From an uncultured Planctomycetales bacterium (GTDB taxonomy: Bacteria > Omnitrophota > Gorgyraeia > Zapsychrales > JANLHA01): 64,000 bases of DNA. A model generated the notes under the pieces. That model was given only the letters and a program-made list of their open reading frames with translations. It was not told the origin of the DNA and made no database searches. Position numbers and translations under genes: made by a program. Where the stretch lies: the NCBI GenBank assembly GCA_964489065.1, contig CAZAXH010000004.1, forward strand, positions 82,553-146,552, in the 5' to 3' direction. Of the stretch, positions 58,950 through 64,000 are shown one piece after another. Numbering within the stretch: position 1 is the stretch's first letter; each line of letters opens with the position of its first letter.

Positions 58950-59338
58950 GGCGTCTCTTTTCTGTTATTAATGTCCCACTGGCGCTGAACCGCATCCAGC
59001 AGTTCCTTTTTAGCTATGGAAAGCCGTTTCGCTTCCACAACCAGTCGTTCCACTTCGTTCTGCAGGATTGCCCCCCGTTGCTCCTGGTTCCCCAGGCTTA
59101 ATTCCGATACAACGCTGCCGATCCCGGGCTTCACCTGAAGCAGCCGTTCATTCACCAGGTGAGAAACCACTTTTTGAGCCGTATTGGGATTGATGCGCAG
59201 TTCCCGGCTCATTTCCCGAACAGAAGGAAACCGGTCTCCCGGTTTTAGGTGGCCGGCAACGATGGATTTCTTCACGGCGTAAATGACCTGTTCGTAAATC
59301 GGCTCACCTGGTTTTAATGTAACATCAAAATTAATCAT
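58946..59338 (-). CDS. GntR-family transcriptional regulator (YtrA-like, short)
   Basis: The wHTH reads GDRFPSVREMSRELRINPNTAQKVVSHLVNERLL. At 130 aa it heads the ABC operon, the typical YtrA arrangement. Confidence 0.85.
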   Translation of the reverse strand: MINFDVTLKPGEPIYEQVIYAVKKSIVAGHLKPGDRFPSVREMSRELRINPNTAQKVVSHLVNERLLQVKPGIGSVVSELSLGNQEQRGAILQNEVERLVVEAKRLSIAKKELLDAVQRQWDINNRKETP

Positions 59339-59377
59339 AGGCCTATGGGATAAAGGTCGCTCTCTTGCTGACCTAAC

Positions 59378-59398
59378 TGTATTATGTTACATAGTACA
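59378..59398. promoter_or_regulatory. imperfect palindrome, candidate GntR autoregulatory operator
   Basis: TGTATTATGT-t-ACATAGTACA has 9 of 10 symmetric half-sites and lies 40-60 nt upstream of the gntR start. Confidence 0.3.
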
Positions 59399-59522
59399 CA
59401 GAAAGTCAAGAGAGATTTGCTTATTTTTTCAAAATAAGCCCCTAAAAACAAAAATGAATATTTTTTATTAAAATCAGGGGAGGACAAAAAGGAGGGGGAC
59501 ACAGATTCCGTTTGATCTCATC

Positions 59523-62006
59523 TCATACCACAATATTCACAAGTTTCTGCGGCACCACAATAATTTTCCTTACCGTTTTCCCATCCAGATGACGCTGGAC
59601 ATTCTCATCCGCCAATACCAGGGAACGCAATTCATTTTCAGCGATGTCCACCGGGACTTCCAGTTTACTGCGGAGCTTCCCGTTAATCTGAACCACCATC
59701 AGCACACTATCTTTCTCAAGCGCACGCTCTTCATAAACCGGCCAGGGGGCCCGGCTGACGCTCTCTTCTTGTCCCCCCATGACCTGCCACAGTTCCTCGC
59801 ACATATGCGGCGTCAACGGGGCCAGCAGCAAGACCACGGTGCGGACCGCCTGATTAAAAACAGCCTGTCTCACCGGATCTCCGTCCGGGCTGAATTTGTC
59901 GAGCCGGTTCATTAAAATCATAATCTGACTAATGGCCGTATTAAACTTAAAGCCGTTGGCGATGTCTTCCGTCACCTTTTTGATTGTGAAATTCCTTTCC
60001 TGCTCCAGTTCCTTCGCGTCGCCCGTCAAATTCTCATACATATATGTTTGATCCATCGGGTGGAACCTCTGTTGAATACAATTCCAGACCCGGCTTAAAA
60101 ATTTCCATGACCCGTCGATCGCATGATCATTCCATTCCAGTTGATCTTCCGGCGGAGCGGCAAAAAGGATAAACAAACGCAACGTGTCAGCCCCGTATTT
60201 GGCGATAACCGCATCCGGGTCAACTGTATTTCCTTTAGACTTAGACATGACCTCCCCGTCCTTCAGCACCATCCCCTGCGTGAGAAGCCGGTCAAACGGT
60301 TCATCAACGTTCACGAGCCCCAAATCCTTAAAAAATTTTGTAAAAAAACGGGAGTAAAGCAAATGCAGAATCGCATGCTCAATGCCTCCGATATATTGAT
60401 CCACCGGCATCCAATAAGCCGCCTGCCCGGGATCAAAGGCCCTGCGGTCATCTTCAGAAGATATATAGCGCAAGTAATACCATGACGAATCAAAGAACGT
60501 CGCCATCGTATCCGTTTCCCGCCGGGCGTCTTTCCCGCAGGCCGGGCACGCCACATGCACAAAATGTTCACTTTGGCTTAACGGGCTTCCCCCTTCCCCG
60601 GTAAACTGGACATCTTCAGGGAGCTCAACGGGCAACTCATTCTCCGGAACAGGCACGAGTCCGCAGGCCGGGCAATAAACCATCGGAATCGGCGTGCCCC
60701 AATATCGCTGCCGGGATATCAGCCAATCCCTTAACCGCCAGTAAACAGTGATCTTCCCCTTGCCCTCGGCTTCCATCCAACGGGAGATCTGTTTCTTCCC
60801 CTCTTCGTTGGCGAGGCCGTCAAATTCCCCGGAATGCACCTGCCGCCCTTCCCCCTCATACGCCTCCGTCATCTCTTCAACCGCCATCTCCGGCCGCTGG
60901 GGGTCCTGAATCACAATGCGCATAGGCAACTGATGCTCTCTGGCAAACAAAAAATCTCTCTGGTCATGCGTCGGGACAGCCATAATCGCGCCGGTCCCGT
61001 AATCCATAAGCACATAATCGGCCACCCATACCGGAATAGCCTCGCCATTCACGGGGTTGACAGCATACTGCCCAGTGAAAACACCTTCCTTCCGTTCTTC
61101 TCCGGACACCCGCATGCTTTTGCTCATCTGGCTGACCTTGGCCACAAAATCCATCACCGCCCGCTCAAAGGCGGTGCCAGCGACCAAAGTTTTCACCAAC
61201 GGGTGTTCCGGGGCCAGGACCACGTAAGTCGCCCCGAAAATCGTATCCGGACGCGTGGTAAAGACCGGCAGCCGTTCTCCCGTCTTTTGCAGGCTAAAAT
61301 AAATTTCTACCCCGTAACTTTTGCCGATCCAGTTCTCCTGCATCGCCACTACTCTCGACGGCCAGTTTTGCAGTTTTCTCAAATCCTCCAGCAGGGCTTC
61401 CGAATAATGGGTAATTTTCAAATACCACTGTTCCAAATCTTTTTGAACAACCTCATTCTTGCAACGCCAGCACTGCCCTTGAATGACCTCCTCATTCGCC
61501 AGAGTCGTTTCGCAACTCGGGCACCAGTTAACAGAGGAACTCTTTTTATAAGCCAGCCCTTTTTCAAACATCTTTAAAAAAATCCACTGGTTCCAGCGGT
61601 AATAGTCTTTATCACACGTCGCCAATTCCCGGTCCCAATCGTAAGAAAAACCCATGCGTTTTAAATTTCCCCGCATCTGGTCGATACAGGCGTACGTCCA
61701 TTTCGCAGGATGCGTTTTATGCTTAATCGCAGCGTTTTCAGCCGGTTGGCCAAACGCGTCATACCCCATAGGATGCAACACGTTAAAACCCTGCATGAGT
61801 TTAACCCTGGCGATAACGTCGGCAATCGTGTAATTCCGGACATGGCCCATGTGAATCTTCCCGGACGGATAGGGGAACATCTCCAGGCAGTAAAATTTCG
61901 GCCGGCGGCTCTCGTGTTCCGGAGTCTTAAAAACTCGCCGCTCGTCCCAAACGGCCTGCCATTTTTTTTCAATACGGGCTATTTCATTTGTGTTATATGG
62001 AATCAT
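59523..62006 (-). CDS. leuS: leucine--tRNA ligase
   Basis: [27 protein letters not shown]...[29 protein letters not shown] (HMGH) is collinear with E. coli LeuS. The start is trimmed from the track ORF to MIPYN. Confidence 0.95.
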   Translation of the reverse strand: MIPYNTNEIARIEKKWQAVWDERRVFKTPEHESRRPKFYCLEMFPYPSGKIHMGHVRNYTIADVIARVKLMQGFNVLHPMGYDAFGQPAENAAIKHKTHPAKWTYACIDQMRGNLKRMGFSYDWDRELATCDKDYYRWNQWIFLKMFEKGLAYKKSSSVNWCPSCETTLANEEVIQGQCWRCKNEVVQKDLEQWYLKITHYSEALLEDLRKLQNWPSRVVAMQENWIGKSYGVEIYFSLQKTGERLPVFTTRPDTIFGATYVVLAPEHPLVKTLVAGTAFERAVMDFVAKVSQMSKSMRVSGEERKEGVFTGQYAVNPVNGEAIPVWVADYVLMDYGTGAIMAVPTHDQRDFLFAREHQLPMRIVIQDPQRPEMAVEEMTEAYEGEGRQVHSGEFDGLANEEGKKQISRWMEAEGKGKITVYWRLRDWLISRQRYWGTPIPMVYCPACGLVPVPENELPVELPEDVQFTGEGGSPLSQSEHFVHVACPACGKDARRETDTMATFFDSSWYYLRYISSEDDRRAFDPGQAAYWMPVDQYIGGIEHAILHLLYSRFFTKFFKDLGLVNVDEPFDRLLTQGMVLKDGEVMSKSKGNTVDPDAVIAKYGADTLRLFILFAAPPEDQLEWNDHAIDGSWKFLSRVWNCIQQRFHPMDQTYMYENLTGDAKELEQERNFTIKKVTEDIANGFKFNTAISQIMILMNRLDKFSPDGDPVRQAVFNQAVRTVVLLLAPLTPHMCEELWQVMGGQEESVSRAPWPVYEERALEKDSVLMVVQINGKLRSKLEVPVDIAENELRSLVLADENVQRHLDGKTVRKIIVVPQKLVNIVV

Positions 62007-62084
62007 GATATCAATCTCTGGTGAAAGCAAACGAGGGAACCCCCTGCCCGGCCATTCCCTCTTCAAGACGCTTCATAGAAACGT

Positions 62085-62516
62085 TTATGATTTGTAATAA
62101 TCTTTGCCCCGTCGAAGATACTGGGCATCCAGGCGTTGGGGCTTGAAGTATTCCCGGCAGAATTTTTCGGCGAAAACAGCATCAAACTCCCGGCAGCAGT
62201 AAATATCCACGCTGATAAAATTTTTTACCGATAACGTGTGAATCACAATCGAACTTTCGATTAAGGGGACCCAGCCGGATAAACCCGCCTTCTCGGGGAA
62301 ACGAACCGCGTCACTCCTGAAAAGACTGGGGGGGGACTGCTTCTCCATCCCCAGGGCCTCAACCATCTCATCCAGGAAACGGTAATTCAGCGTTAAATCA
62401 TCGCACGCACCCGGCTGACAGTTGTACAGGTCCAACAAAAGCTGATGTCCAAACGCCACGGATTCCTGACCTGTCCCGCAGGGAAAATTTTTTAAAACAG
62501 TTTGATTCATAGTCAA
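62085..62516 (-). CDS. speH: S-adenosylmethionine decarboxylase proenzyme (SpeH-type, small form)
   Basis: LLLDLYNC...ESSIVIHTLSVKNFISVDIYCC parallels Bacillus SpeH ([22 protein letters not shown]), including the self-cleavage Ser region. Confidence 0.75.
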   Translation of the reverse strand: MTMNQTVLKNFPCGTGQESVAFGHQLLLDLYNCQPGACDDLTLNYRFLDEMVEALGMEKQSPPSLFRSDAVRFPEKAGLSGWVPLIESSIVIHTLSVKNFISVDIYCCREFDAVFAEKFCREYFKPQRLDAQYLRRGKDYYKS

Positions 62517-62591
62517 TTCCTCTCAACAGTCCTAGATTATTCTATTTATACCCATCACAACCCTGTTCTTCATATAACAGCAGGCCCAGGA

Positions 62592-62795
62592 TCAGAAGCC
62601 GCAGAACTTCAAAAACACCAGCAAAAACGCCGCAATCAAAACACTTATAAGGATGGCCCGGGAAGACCATTTATATTTCATTTTGCCAAAAATACCGTCT
62701 CCGGCCCGATGCAGGCTTTCACCGCAAAAATGACACAAGAGGGCATCGTTATCATAAATCGGTTTCTTGCAATGAGGACAGATATACTCAGACAT
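62592..62795 (-). CDS. small zinc-ribbon membrane protein
   Basis: CPHC...CHFC zinc ribbon followed by one C-terminal TM helix; 67 aa. Confidence 0.4.
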   Translation of the reverse strand: MSEYICPHCKKPIYDNDALLCHFCGESLHRAGDGIFGKMKYKWSSRAILISVLIAAFLLVFLKFCGF

Positions 62796-62799
62796 AAAT

Positions 62800-63031
62800 C
62801 AAAGGTATAAACCCAAAAGCAAGCCCTGGACCCCATTAACCGCAGCAAACTGCGAGAAAGCAACAGCGGCGCCGGGTATGGAGCACCACGCCCTGCTCCC
62901 TGTTAATAATTCCCTTCGCAGGATGAACGCACCCCTTCACATACGTGCGAACATTCCCGAAGCAAAACACCTTATCAAACCCTTGCCTCCACCCACGGGC
63001 ATGCCCACACTCTTCTGCGAAAACGGATAAA
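62800..63031 (+). repeat. intergenic element family, copy E (full composite: promoter-proximal module plus core)
   Basis: ggtataaacccaaaagcaagccctggaccccattaaccgcagcaaactgcgagaaagcaacagcggcgcc, then gggtatggagcaccacgccctgctccc, then tgttaataattcccttcgcaggatgaacgcaccccttcacatacgtgcgaacattcccgaagc. Then a degenerate arm, cacgggcatgcccacactcttctgcgaaaacggataaaccc. Confidence 0.7.
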
Positions 63032-63273
63032 CCCCTGCATTTGGAAAGGTATTATCTCACTTGAGGTCCGTAAAGTCAAAAAATAATCTGTATTGTTTTC
63101 CCCTTCCTGGGGATATCCGGACGGCAAGAAAAACAGCCCCTTGCGTGCCGGAAACGCAGGACAGGGGTCCTTAGTTCACCGCCTTTATCTATTTGCAAAT
63201 TATTTAAAAATATTCTAAAATGGCTCAGTATCATACAGGAATGTCTCCTCTTAACAACAGGACTCTTTATAGC

Positions 63274-63474
63274 ATGAAGGTTTCCATCAACGGAAAAACA
63301 CATGAATTAACCGCGCCCCTGCCTTTATCAGGACTCATTCAGGATATCTGCAAGAACAACCCTTATGTTATCGCCGAGCTGAATGGGGCAATCATTCATA
63401 AAAAGCGCTGGACAGATGTTAACGTTTGCGAGGGAGACAAAATCGAACTGGTCAGTTTCGTGGGAGGAGGCTAG
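63274..63474 (+). CDS. thiS: sulfur-carrier protein ThiS
   Basis: MKVSINGKTHEL...CEGDKIELVSFVGGG has a ubiquitin-like fold and a C-terminal GG. The start is trimmed from the track ORF to MKVSING. Confidence 0.75.
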   Translation: MKVSINGKTHELTAPLPLSGLIQDICKNNPYVIAELNGAIIHKKRWTDVNVCEGDKIELVSFVGGG

Positions 63475-63531
63475 GCCGCCAACAGGCCCCCTTCCAGGAG
63501 TTGGATTCTTCCACAGACTGCGAAAAAAAAT

Positions 63532-64000
63532 ATGGACATAAAATCAGCCCAACCCCCCAGCGCCGTGCCCCGCACAAGCCAAACAGACCCCCTGGTTATC
63601 GGGGGGAAAGAATTGTCTTCCCGGTTCCTCTTGGGAACAGGGAAATTTAAAAATAAGGCCGAAGTCAGAGACTGCATCCAGGCCTCCGGGGTACAGATTG
63701 TGACCGTGGCCTTGCGGCGCATTGACCTCAACCGGCATGAAGACAATATCCTGGACTATATCCCCCCGGGCATCACATTGTTAACAAACACGTCCGGGGC
63801 AAGAAACGCGAACGAAGCGGTCCGGCTGGCCCGTTTGGCCAGGGAAGCGGGATACGGCACCTGGGTAAAAATAGAAGTGATCAACGACAGCAAATACCTG
63901 CTCCCCGACAACGCAGAGACCGTCAAGGCGACAGAAATACTGGCGAAAGAAGGATTTACCGTCCTGCCGTATATCCTGCCGGATTTAAACATCGCCCGGG
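63532..64000 (+). CDS. thiG: thiazole synthase ThiG (5' part; runs off window)
   Basis: MDIKSAQP...[46 protein letters not shown]...[25 protein letters not shown]...VKIEVI is collinear with ThiG. No stop in window. Confidence 0.85.
   Translation, partial: MDIKSAQPPSAVPRTSQTDPLVIGGKELSSRFLLGTGKFKNKAEVRDCIQASGVQIVTVALRRIDLNRHEDNILDYIPPGITLLTNTSGARNANEAVRLARLAREAGYGTWVKIEVINDSKYLLPDNAETVKATEILAKEGFTVLPYILPDLNIAR

Overview
This 64 kb window comes from a diderm (Gram-negative-type) bacterium; it encodes Lnt, LptE, a BamD-like lipoprotein, MurJ, SecA, an LpxL-type acyltransferase and an outer-membrane beta-barrel. Gene density is high and most genes are on the minus strand. Housekeeping genes include eno, purN, secA, lnt, prfB, uvrC-like, murJ, rpsT, holA-like, lptE, leuS, speH, and thiS-thiG at the right edge. 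Transport and envelope genes include MFS, NSS, H+-PPase, ArsB/NhaD and an ABC-2 system, and the DNA-uptake genes comEA-comEC and pilT are also present. Signalling genes include an MCP, two REC-only response regulators and a membrane-anchored REC. There are two tRNA genes (Thr-CGU and Phe-GAA) and no CRISPR array, rRNA or obvious transposase. Three things stand out. (1) A previously undescribed multi-copy intergenic element of about 130-230 bp occurs in at least 8 copies or remnants. It has a conserved 5' box, a strong GCAGAAGACC/GGTCTTCTGC inverted-repeat hairpin, a conserved 3' tail and an adjacent promoter-like module. Every copy lies in the same orientation immediately upstream of a minus-strand gene for a membrane or envelope protein. 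(2) Four paralogous polytopic-membrane proteins with C-terminal TPR domains resemble eukaryotic PMT/TMTC O-mannosyltransferases (GT-C fold with a DD/DE loop motif); two of them are tandem with a 4-bp overlap. (3) An operon-like block gntR-ABC ATPase-ABC permease-GH-DUF1570-GH carries two paralogous secreted clan GH-A TIM-barrel hydrolases whose motif order most resembles fungal GH72 Gas/Gel transglycosylases. Smaller observations include a 26-codon bTHX-like micro-ORF, a fused MFS/spermidine-synthase gene, a UvrC lacking its HhH domain, a ComEC lacking its beta-lactamase-fold domain, and a non-frameshifted prfB.
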